From Eledone cirrhosa (Eukaryota), in assembly GCA_964016885.1 (NCBI GenBank), contig OZ024742.1, positions 108,562,001 through 108,626,000 on the forward strand: a stretch of 64,000 bases of DNA, written 5' to 3'. Below, one piece after another: positions 13,996 to 25,209 of the stretch. The notes beneath the pieces are model-generated. The model saw only the letters and a list, made by a program, of their open reading frames with translations, was not told the DNA's origin and made no database searches. A program made the position numbers and the translations under genes. The number at the start of each line of letters is the position of its first letter. The first letter of the stretch is position 1.

Positions 13996-14818
13996 TATTT
14001 TCCGTTGTGTTGTAATATAAATATTACACACAGTAGATTATCAGCTCACGTAGAGTTTGCTCGACGGTTCCAGTTGTAGTTCCAAAAGTAATCCGGAGAA
14101 AAATAGAAAGGTTTGAATGGATACAGTTTAGTTGAAAGGAATTTATTGACACGTGTTTCTATAACAGTTACATAACCTAAAACAGCTGCTATCTACAAAC
14201 TTTTAGTTATGCAGACATTCAATATTTCAATGTTATTATTTACTGTCATTTCATCAGAATAATATTACTGAGGACCTATTTAGTTTTTATAGAGAATATT
14301 AGGAGGGAGGGGTGAAGTTGTTAGAAGAATAGTTGAAGGAGTGGTTTTTCGATAGCAGTGAGAATTCTTGGTGGCAGTGAGTAATTAGATTCCCATCTGT
14401 TGTTTTGACATTTTTTATAGAATATATTATTGGTTATTTTTCTAAATCTATAGAAGGATTAGAGATAGTAAAGATATGCGTGGTTGGTTTTGTGTTTGCA
14501 CTTAATTAACATTCAGACTTAAATTTTTCTTTCAAGTGTACGTATCCTTTCACCCACGCATTCACACACAAATATATTTGCACACCTCTACAAAATACAT
14601 ATACTCACAATTCACATATTCATACTTACATATATATACACATGCATACACATATATATACACACATGTATTCATGTACATACATACGCGCTCATGTGTA
14701 TACATTTTCATACTCAACTTATCTTTATATACACACGTATAGACACACACATATATACATACATACTCTAGTCCATGTGTACACACATACACATACATAC
14801 ACATCTATATACACATAT

Positions 14819-14869
<51 letters not shown>

Positions 14870-17008
14870 ATATATATATAAGCACTTTAATACATGAATA
14901 CACTTACATCTAACTATACACATCAAACATATATATATATTTACTTATTTATATACATTTTCACATATATATACATACTTATGGACGTTTTTAGACACAT
15001 TCATTATCGCATATTTGCACCTATTCTCATCAGCATATCTTTCCATTATTAGTGTGGTAATTTAAGGTTATTAATATATGTTGAGAAGAGATTGTTTTTA
15101 TATTTTTCTAACTAGATTAAGGTTTATATAGTTGGGGGATGTCCCTCTTTTATGTAATATTCGGCTTGTAGTGGGAAAAAAGGGTTTTAGTTCTGTGACG
15201 GCAGAATAATGTTCGTTCAATTCTGTTATTCAGCAGTTTCTTCTTGTGTGTGATTATGTAATAAATCTCAAGATTACACAATTTGCAGAAATTTTGGCTC
15301 CTGGAAAAGCTTTGGGTTTTAGCTAATTTCTCCCATTTTAGGGTAAACTTTTGATCGCTATCCCTGAGCGTCCAAGCTTTTTCTGCTAAAGTTGTTACAT
15401 TTCTTTGGCTCTGGTGTTTTATTGAGTAAGAATGCCTATACAATCGAGATTTAAACGATGTTGCCGTTGATCCCACGTAATACCACTCGTTGCCTCCGGA
15501 TTTAATAGTACACTTATAAATAATATTTTTTTCCAGGCAGTTATTGCCGAGGGGGCAGTTGTCAGGATAGGTGCAGTTACAGTTGTGTACGTTGGGTTTT
15601 CTCTGGAGTAGTATTGCGGACGAACTTAGGTGTGGTTTATTTATGTTCTGTAGTCTATTGTCTACTGTTTTTTTTGTGTTCTTTGTACTTAAGTTTTTAG
15701 TGTTTTCGTTTAACCTTCTAGTATTGATCTTTTTATGTGTTGTTCAAGGTTTAACGCTGTAGAGTATGACAGTCTTATAGTGGTAGGGTTTAGGATTTTG
15801 TGGTATTTGTGTGATGTAGGAAAATGTCTTTTAATTATTTTAAAGAAGAGTACTGGTAAATTTGTACTAATGGAACTATTGTATTCGGGGTTATACCATA
15901 AGTACTCTTTGCATCGCTTTCTATTAGTTTTGTTTGTTGGTTTACTGGTGTGCATACTATGGTAGTAAGTGTGGTTTGGTGTTGTGTTATTATATCTACC
16001 TATGTGGGATTTATTTTGGGTGTTTTGATTGTTCCCATCTATGTACTCTATTTTGTTGAGGTAGCCTGCTTTACTAAGGGCGTTATCGTAGTACTCGGCG
16101 TGTTCCTTAAATACTTGTATGTTAGAAGATAGACCCGAGATTCTAAGGGAAATATTTTTAGGGATAGATTTAATTATAGAGATGGGGTGGTTAGACCCAA
16201 CATTTACGTATTTGAGATTTTCATTCAATTTATGAAACGGTTTAATCAAACCAGAGTTTAAATTGAGTGTGACATCCAGGAAGTTAACTACTTTAAGGTT
16301 GTATTCGTATGTTATAGTTAGTCCTATTTCGAGTAGTAGTTTTCTTATATCTTTGCGTAGTTTTTCTAGTTTTTGGTTATTAAGGTTTTTAGCTAGGAGG
16401 AGAACATCGTCGCGGTATATTCCTCCGTGGAGATTGCTGAATTTTTCCTGGAGTCTAAAGGCGATAAATAACCCCACAATATCAGTTATTTCCGCCGAAT
16501 CGTTAGAGCCCATTGTTATGTCAAAGTTAGAGGGTCTATCTTTACGTACCCAATAACTGTTCTCAAATTTGACTATAGTTTTCCTAGCTTCTAATATAAT
16601 CTTAATTTCATCGTTTGTAAGGTCAGAGTTATCCTTAGCAAACTTAATGGCTCTATTCAAAGTTTCTGGTGATATCGATGAGTAATATTCATCGATATCA
16701 AACTGGATAAACTTAGATTTATTCTTATTGCTAATGCTATTAAACCATCTTATTGCTTCTTGGGTCTTCCCCCAGAGTTTAATGTTAACATTAGCCTTAA
16801 TTTGGGGGATGATTCTATCTAACATATATTTGCTTATTTTACCTATATCTGATTTAGAGGGGCAGATTAATCTAATTTTAGGGTCATTATCAAAGTTTAC
16901 CTTGTGGTCCTTAAGATTGAAGGTGGGTACCGCCGGTAAGAGTGGTCCTGTCCTATCTTCGATTCCGAGATTTTTCACTATTTCGCATGCCTCATCATTG
17001 ATGTGCTT
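13993..17008 (-). mobile_element. Naiad-like Penelope element, left arm of a palindrome (RT 15710-16978; GIY-YIG to 15150; one frameshift)
   Basis: LKDHK, RLICP, FDIDEYYSSI, MGSNDSAEI, IYRDD, FLDVTL; YVGST...SRLYRH, CKLC and CRHR C-terminus. Confidence 0.92.
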
Positions 17009-18481
17009 AACTACTACTCGAAATAGGACTAACTATAACATATGAATACAACCTTAAAGTAGTTAACTTCCTGGATGTCACACTCAATTTAAACTCTGGT
17101 TTGATTAAACCGTTTCATAAATTGAATGAAAATCTCAAATACGTAAATGTTGGGTCTAACCACCCCATCTCTATAATTAAATCTATCCCTAAAAATATTT
17201 CCCTTAGAATCTCGGGTCTATCTTCTAACATACAAGTATTTAAGGAACACGCCGAGTACTACGATAACGCCCTTAGTAAAGCAGGCTACCTCAACAAAAT
17301 AGAGTACATAGATGGGAACAATCAAAACACCCAAAATAAATCCCACATAGGTAGATATAATAACACAACACCAAACCACACTTACTACCATAGCATGCAC
17401 ACCAGTAAACCAACAAACAAAACTAATAGAAAGTGATGCCAATTGTACTTATGGTATAACCCCGAATACAATAGTTCCATTAGTACAAATTTACCAGTAC
17501 TCTTCTTTAAAATAATTAAAAGACATTTTCCTACATCACACAAATACCACAAAATCCTAAACCCTACCACTATAAGACTGTCATACTCTACAGCGTTAAA
17601 CCTTGAACAACACATAAAAAAGATCAATACTAGAAGGTTAAACGAAAACACTAAAAACTTAAGTACAAAGAACACAAAAATAACAGTAGACAATACACTA
17701 CAGAACATAAATAAACCACACCTAAGTTCGTCCGCAATACTACTCCAGAGAAAACCCAACGTACACAACTGTAACTGCACCTATCCTGATAACTGCCCCC
17801 TCGGCAATAACTGCCTGGAAAAAAATATTATTTATAAGTGTACCATTAAATCCGGAGGCAACGAGTGGTATTACGTGGGATCAACGGCAACATCGTTTAA
17901 ATCTCGATTGTATAGGCATTCTTACTCAATAAAACACCAGAGCCAAAGAAATGTAACAACTTTAGCAGAAAAAGCTTGGACGCTCAGGGATAGCGATCAA
18001 AAGTTTACCCTAAAATGGGAGAAATTAGCTAAAACCCAAAGCTTTTCCAGGAGCCAAAATTTCTGCAAATTGTGTAATCTTGAGATTTATTACATAATCA
18101 CACACAAGATGAAACTGCTGAATAACAGAATTGAACGAACATTATTCTGCCGTCACAGAACTAAAACCCTTTTTTCCCACTACAAGCCGAATATTACATA
18201 AAAGAGGGACATCCCCCAACTATATAAACCTTAATCTAGTTAGAAAAATATAAAAACAATCTCTTCTCAACATATATTAATAACCTTAAATTACCACACT
18301 AATAATGGAAAGATATGCTGATGAGAATAGGTGCAAATATGCGATAATGAATGTGTCTAAAAACGTCCATAAGTATGTATATATATGTGAAAATGTATAT
18401 AAATAAGTAAATATATATATATGTTTGATGTGTATAGTTAGATGTAAGTGTATTCATGTATTAAAGTGCTTATATATATAT

Positions 18482-18532
<51 letters not shown>

Positions 18533-19242
18533 ATATGTGTATATAGATGTGTATGTATGTGTATGTGTGTACACATGGACTAGAGTATGTATGTATATAT
18601 GTGTGTGTCTATACGTGTGTATATAAAGATAAGTTGAGTATGAAAATGTATACACATGAGCGCGTATGTATGTACATGAATACATGTGTGTATATATATG
18701 TGTATGCATGTGTATATATATGTAAGTATGAATATGTGAATTGTGAGTATATGTATTTTGTAGAGGTGTGCAAATATATTTGTGTGTGAATGCGTGGGTG
18801 AAAGGATACGTACACTTGAAAGAAAAATTTAAGTCTGAATGTTAATTAAGTGCAAACACAAAACCAACCACGCATATCTTTACTATCTCTAATCCTTCTA
18901 TAGATTTAGAAAAATAACCAATAATATATTCTATAAAAAATGTCAAAACAACAGATGGGAATCTAATTACTCACTGCCACCAAGAATTCTCACTGCTATC
19001 GAAAAACCACTCCTTCAACTATTCTTCTAACAACTTCACCCCTCCCTCCTAATATTCTCTATAAAAACTAAATAGGTCCTCAGTAATATTATTCTGATGA
19101 AATGACAGTAAATAATAACATTGAAATATTGAATGTCTGCATAACTAAAAGTTTGTAGATAGCAGCTGTTTTAGGTTATGTAACTGTTATAGAAACACGT
19201 GTCAATAAATTCCTTTCAACTAAACTGTATCCATTCAAACCT

Positions 19243-19248
<6 letters not shown>
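17009..19248 (+). mobile_element. Naiad-like Penelope element, right arm (inverted copy of 14103-16341)
   Basis: ORFs 17101-17436 and 17443-18201 mirror the left arm (CNCTYPDNCPLGNNC, IIYKC...YVG). The long 3' UTR is also mirrored. Confidence 0.92.
19087..19146 (+). ncRNA. Degenerate type I hammerhead-like motif in the PLE 3' UTR (mirror copy ~14205-14264, minus strand)
   Basis: CTGATGA-AATG...CATT-GAAA-TATTgAATG-TC; stems II and III pair but stem I is poor. Confidence 0.45.
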
Positions 19249-19278
<30 letters not shown>

Positions 19279-19287
<9 letters not shown>

Positions 19288-20964
19288 GGGAGTCCTTCAT
19301 CAGTGACCCTCCAACCGTCCCAGGCATTTCATCGCTTTAAGGGCCATATACCTCAGGTTGGTGCGAACAACGGCTAAAAAAAGTCGTTGGGACGCGTAAA
19401 TAAAGAGAACGTTAGGGTGAACAAACAAAATGGTTTAAGCAACAGAAAGTGAGAGGAAAGAGACAAGTCCCAGATTTCTATGAATATAAACTCGATAAAA
19501 TCGTGAACTACTAGAGAATAAAGACCATCAGACCTGGTTGAAATGTGAGCAAGGAAGGAATTTCGCACAGGTCTAACGGGAGGAAGAAGAAGAAGGGGTC
19601 TGGTCTGCGAATTCGGTAAACATAAATTCTGTGAAGACGCAGACGAGAGAGAGAGAGAAAAAAAATTCATACCGGCTTGGCCAAGAGTGCGCGAGAAAAG
19701 AAATCGGACAGGTCAAGCGGGAAGAAAGAGGAGTGGAGGAGAGGTAGTGACAGGGTATGAGTGAGTGAAAGTTGAGGAAGAGGCTAGCAGAGAGAGAGAC
19801 TGCTAGAAAGGGTAAAGATACAAAGAGAGAAACAGACGGGTGGCAGCAGAGGAAAAAATATGTGTAAATATGATAATAATGGAGCTGCGGCGTTGCAAAT
19901 GGGTTACATATAAAAAAGGGGGGAGTCCTTCATCAGTGACCCTCCAACCGTCCCAGGCATTTCATCGCTTTAAGGGCCATATACCTCAGGTTGGTGCGAA
20001 CAACGGCTAAAAAAAGTCGTTGGGACACGTAAATAAAGAGAACGTTAGGGTGAACAAACAAAATGGTTTAAGCAACAGAAAGTGAGAGGAAAGAGACAAG
20101 TCCCAGATTTCTATGAATATAAACTCGATAAAATCGTGAACTACTAGAGAATAAAGACCATCAGACCTGGTTGAAATGTGAGCAAGGAAGGAATTTCGCA
20201 CAGGTCTAACGGGAGGAAGAAGAAGAAGGGGTCTGGTCTGCGAATTCGGTAAACATAAATTCTGTCGAGACGCAGACGAGAGAGAGAGAGAAAAAAAATT
20301 CATACCGGCTTGGCCAAGAGTGCGCGAGAAAAGAAATCGGACAGGTCAAGCGGGAAGAAAGAGGAGTGGAGGAGAGGTAGTGACAGGGTATGAGTGAGTG
20401 AAAGTTGAGGAAGAGGCTAACAGAGAGAGAGACTGCTAGAAAGGGTAAAGATACAAAGAGAGAAACAGACGGGTGGCAGCAGAGGAAAAAATATGTGTAA
20501 ATATGATAATAATGGAGCTGCGGCGTTGCAAATGGGTTACATATAAAAAAGGGGGGAGTCCTTCATCAGTGACCCTCCAACCGTCCCAGGCATTTCATCG
20601 CTTTAAGGGCCATATACCTCAGGTTGGTGCGAACAACGGCTAAAAAAAGTCGTTGGGACACGTAAATAAAGAGAACGTTAGGGTGAACAAACAAAATGGT
20701 TTAAGCAACAGAAAGTGAGAGGAAAGAGACAAGTCCCAGATTTCTATGAATATAAACTCGATAAAATCGTGAACTACTAGAGAATAAAGACCATCAGACC
20801 TGGTTGAAATGTGAGCAAGGAAGGAATTTCGCACAGGTCTAACCTGAGGTATATGGCCCTTAAAGCGATGAAATGCCTGGGACGGTTGGAGGGTCACTGA
20901 TGAAGGACTCCCCCCTTTTTTATATGTAACCCATTTGCAACGCCGCAGCTCCATTATTATCATA
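19279..20964 (-). mobile_element. Non-coding retrozyme-like element: ~2.5 tandem 633-bp units plus a ~124-bp inverted tip, inserted in (TA)n
   Basis: AGTCCTTCATCAG recurs at 19291, 19924 and 20557. 20841-20964 is the reverse complement of ~20501-20624. No real ORF. Confidence 0.85.
19292..19393 (-). ncRNA. Candidate rearranged (non-circularly permuted) hammerhead ribozyme; copies at 19925-20026 and 20558-20659, partial copy at 20841-20909(+)
   Basis: GTCC-CAACGACTttttttAGCCGTTG-tTCGCa-CCAACC-tg-AGGTA-TA-TGGCCCT-taaaGCGA-T-GAAA-TGCCT-gggac-GGTTGG-AGGGTCA-CTGATGA-A-GGAC; helices covary with 28724-28824. Confidence 0.72.
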
Positions 20965-21814
20965 TATATATATATATATATTGTGTGTGTGTGTGTGTGT
21001 GCGTGTGTGTGTGTGTGTGTGCGTGTGTGTGTGTGTGTGTAACGACAAATGATAAAAAGCGCTCTAGTACGACAGCTAATTTATTATTTTATATATAGCT
21101 TCATTCTGTCCATCTATAGCAAAGTTAAATAGAGTAACACACCACGTCATATGCAGTTTCGAACATATTAAAGAAAACTGTCAGTTATCTTTTTCCCTGT
21201 CACGTGTAATGAAAATGTTTATGGTGTTTGTTCGTTTAGTTGTCAACAGTGAAATGTTATACTAAGACAGGAGATTCGTTGTTTCCTGTTATTTTTGTGT
21301 TTTGTTTTTACCCAAGAGAGTGTTTCACTAATGAAACGAAAATATCAGAGATCCATATAGATCGCTTCCTTTCAACATTTCCACATATTGTTAAGTGAAT
21401 AAACACTGACACAAAACCATAGATTATGACTTGTCATTAGAATCTGTGAATCACGCCTCCCCTTTACGCTCACACAAATACACACATTCAACGTTCAAAG
21501 CTTCGAAGTTTGGGGGCAACGCAATCGCTGTATTGGTGTTATGCACACATAAACATGTTGCTGCTCAGTACCTTTGTAACGTTGCTCCACTGTAGCTTTG
21601 AATTTTTATTATTTTATTGTTGGGGAGAATTAAAGGGGGCGTTGCCTACAGCATGTACTTGAAAATACAAATATGGATGGCAAAGAGCCATATCAAATCA
21701 TGTATTCAATGCGTAATTAAATAGTTCTATCATGAACACAAGACTCCAATCTTTGAAAATGGAGGGCGTGTACTCGCTTACATTTATATAATAGCTTTTT
21801 TATCGCCAACTGAA

Positions 21815-21905
21815 GGCACGTGGCTTTATGGTTAAGGCGTTAGATTTACGATCATAAGGTAATGAGTTCAATTACTGCACCACGCCTTGTATTTTGAAAC
21901 AAAAT
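21815..21905 (+). mobile_element. Second tRNA-derived SINE family, degenerate; relatives at ~45715-45838(-), ~46685-46940(+) and ~63465-63545(+)
   Basis: GTGGCTTTATGGTTAAGG A-box-like head and GAGTTCAATT B-box-like motif. Confidence 0.55.
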
Positions 21906-23129
21906 ACGTTAATGACAGTGAATAGTATAGACAAAGACTGATAATAGTAATAATATAAAACACATATAGGGACTTTGATATTGGTGTGAATGTAAAGTGA
22001 CTGACAACAGCAATAAATAGCAGAGAATTGGATGAACAATGGCTGATAAATACAAAACATATAAACCAAATATTGAGACTTTGATATTGGTATGAATATA
22101 AAGTGCCTCATAACAGCAACAAATATGAACGACATATTGAAACTTTCATACAGGAGTGGTTGAAATGGACAATGGCTGACAATAGCAATACATTGACAGC
22201 AAAACTAAAGTGCATTTAATAAATATTGATTAGGAATGGTATATCTAATTAAATTTCAAGTAATTTCCCACAGTGATAAAAATATACATTCTGCAGCTTT
22301 ACTTTTAATCCCCGGAAGGAAAAGAATCTTTCCAATTATTTTTCGAGATGTCTTAGGTTTTGTTTTTTTGTTGATTTCTGTTATTTTTTTCTTGAACTGA
22401 ATAAAAGCCATGTTTCTCTAAAGCAATTCAATCTCTCCTTGTTATTCAAAGTATAGAAATTGAATATTGTTATTGACAGTAATATGATTTGCCAATATTA
22501 AATCACTAACCAGTATATGTATGATTGTATATGTTCATAAAAATGTGTTGGAGCTATAGCATGTTAATAATACTCTGATTTACATAGTACATGCACTTCC
22601 CCACCAGTTATATTTCATTACTCAATATTAGATGTTTCTATCTTCACTCTATAATTATTTCTTTCTCTTCTTTGTTCATCCCCCACCCCGACTTCTGATC
22701 TTCTCACATAACCTCTTTTTCGGTCTTTTCTTCTTATCGCATCAGCCCTATACAATGCTCACCTCACATCACTCATCACACATCATTCCTTCACCTCAAT
22801 TCTTTCATCATATGAATATGTTCACAAAATGACAAAACCACTTCCGCATTCTCAGAAGGGCAAAAAACAGAAACGTTAAATCTTTCGCTCATCATGGCAA
22901 CTGAACTTTAACTTGGACTTTATATGGAGTAATTGTAGCTGACAGAAATCTTCGATTAATTTAATTCGACTAGTATGTAAGTAACTAGATATTTGACAGT
23001 TCTCTCTGAGAAACAAAAATGCAATGCAATGTAGTTGATCACAGAGTCCATCTGACAAGGCTCCCACACGGTGGCCGTATGTATGGGTATACATATATTT
23101 CATGAACTATCCCGTCGTATTTCGACGTA

Positions 23130-25019
23130 TGAGGGTTCACAGTCTTCTCAGTTCATTGTTTATGGTAATGTCTTAAATTACACTTCAGTCCAGCTGCTGA
23201 ATTACACATCAAGCTGTATCTAGTGCAGATGATAGGATTTTGAGAAGACCACGATGGAAGGTTTGATCGAATCTTATTAGATCTTAGATCATGGTCAGCA
23301 GATAAGGCTTCAAATGAAATGAGAGGTATGTTCTCAGATTTAAGATTAAGTTTGTCTTTATAGCTTAGTAATGGGCTGCCTACATTATGAACACCATTTT
23401 GAAGTTGACTTTATAACAGCACCTTGAGTATACGGTCCGCAGTCAAACATAGGAGATGACCATCCCATCTAATTTGGGATAGCATCAGAAATGACTCAAT
23501 CCCACTGATGTTGCACCTTGTAAATAGATTGGCATTGGAGAATCTGTTAGAAAGTTTATAACCACATATGAAGAGAAGACAATGTTTGTAGAAGACATCA
23601 AACTTACAAATATGGGTGCAAGAAAATGTCCATGACTCTGTGTCGTAAAAGGTGTTGTCGTAACATTGCACGATAAACTTCAACTTTCAGGGATATACCT
23701 TTGATACTCCATATACGATGAGGTAGTTTGCCGAAAACATCAGCTATGGAAACACGATTGACAATCTCATCATATGATGACGTAGAACGGTTCACCTTGC
23801 TGCCAAAGTAAGTAAATGAGTTCATATACTTTAAATCCTTGCTATCAAAATCAGTGATGGGAAACTTGGGGTTGCCTGTGCCCCGGCTGTCCCTGCTTAA
23901 CATCTACTTGTCGGTGGGGTGGGGGATCTTTGGTTGGTGTACCATCTCAGTCGTCTTAATGTTGATTGTTAAGCCAAACGTAATACAGGTAAGCTATAAA
24001 GGGTTCATCAATTCCTGTGTCTCTTCGATGGATGTTGCAACAAGTACATCATAATCAGCTAACAGTAAATCATAAATATCTCTTGTTCGTGTAAGTGTGT
24101 TATCCTTAAAGCGCTGATGGTTGAATAGCCCACCTGATGTACGAAATTCAAAGTTGACAGCAATGTCTAAATCACCAAATGCATATTGGAACATTAAAGA
24201 AAAGAACAAAGCAAAGAAAACAGGAGCCATGACACATCCCTGCTTCGTATCGTTTGTGACACCAAAGCGTTAACAGCATTCGTGATCTGACATAATTGAT
24301 GCTCTCAAGCCATCATGGAAAGTCATGATAACATTGAGCATATTGTCAGGTATTCGAGACTTTTGAAGATTGTCCAGATAGCTTTGGGACTGACATTGTC
24401 AAAAGCTTTGGTCAAGTCTACAAAAAGCATAAACAGTTCCTGGTTATTTCACAAACCTTTTCTGCAACTTGGCGAAGGGGGAAGATCATGTCATTAGTAC
24501 CCTGACCTGTGAGGGAGTTGCCGTGAGAGTTGTCACGGCTAGATTTATTTTTACATTTCTTCTTGAAAATAGACTATAGACATATCTCTGAAGTCTTGAG
24601 GGGCATGTTCAAACTTCCAGATTTTCAGAAATAGCGAAAGAAAATTACTAACCAGTTTTGACCACCATGAGATTTATTGGATGACAGTTACTTGATAGTG
24701 AACTGTACTTCATTCAAGTTTGGATTGAATGCTGATTCGGGTATCTCTGGCCCTTGTGGAATAGATATTACATTTTCAGCTACATTTGAATCGGCATTTA
24801 GGACCTTTTCAAAGTGTTCCTTCCACCGAGAGAGTATCTCAGCTTTGTCTGTGTATAGAGTTGTACCATCAGAAGATAGAAATGATTTGACCAGCTCTCC
24901 TCCTGACCATACGCCCTTGAATCCTTTTTATCAACTGCTCCTTGTAGATCAACTGCTTTAGCTGCCTACTAGGCACCCTTTATTTTTCTGAGGTGAGGAC
25001 TATGCCTTCTGCTTACAAT

Positions 25020-25021
<2 letters not shown>
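23130..25021 (-). pseudogene. Decayed RTE-clade LINE ORF (RT region)
   Basis: Fragments reading DLTKAFDNV, KQGCVMAPVFF, FRTSGGLFN, DLLLAD, FTYFGS and QIRWDGH, with many stops and frameshifts. Confidence 0.82.
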
Positions 25022-25109
<88 letters not shown>

Positions 25110-25168
25110 GTGTGTGTGTGTGTATTTACCTGTAGGTATGTGTGTGTGTGCGTTATATATATATAACG

Positions 25169-25209
<41 letters not shown>

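Noticed and set aside
17434-17436. In-frame TGA in the right arm as selenocysteine
   Set aside because: The left arm has CGA (Arg), so this is CpG decay. The same applies to the TGA near 38066.
19374-19670. 98-aa ORF repeated in each 633-bp unit
   Set aside because: Low-complexity S/L/F translation of a pyrimidine-rich strand; it recurs only because the units are near-identical.
19279-20843. Tandem repeats as a CRISPR array or ordinary satellite
   Set aside because: No repeat-spacer structure and eukaryotic context; the inverted tip and RNA motif fit a retroelement better.
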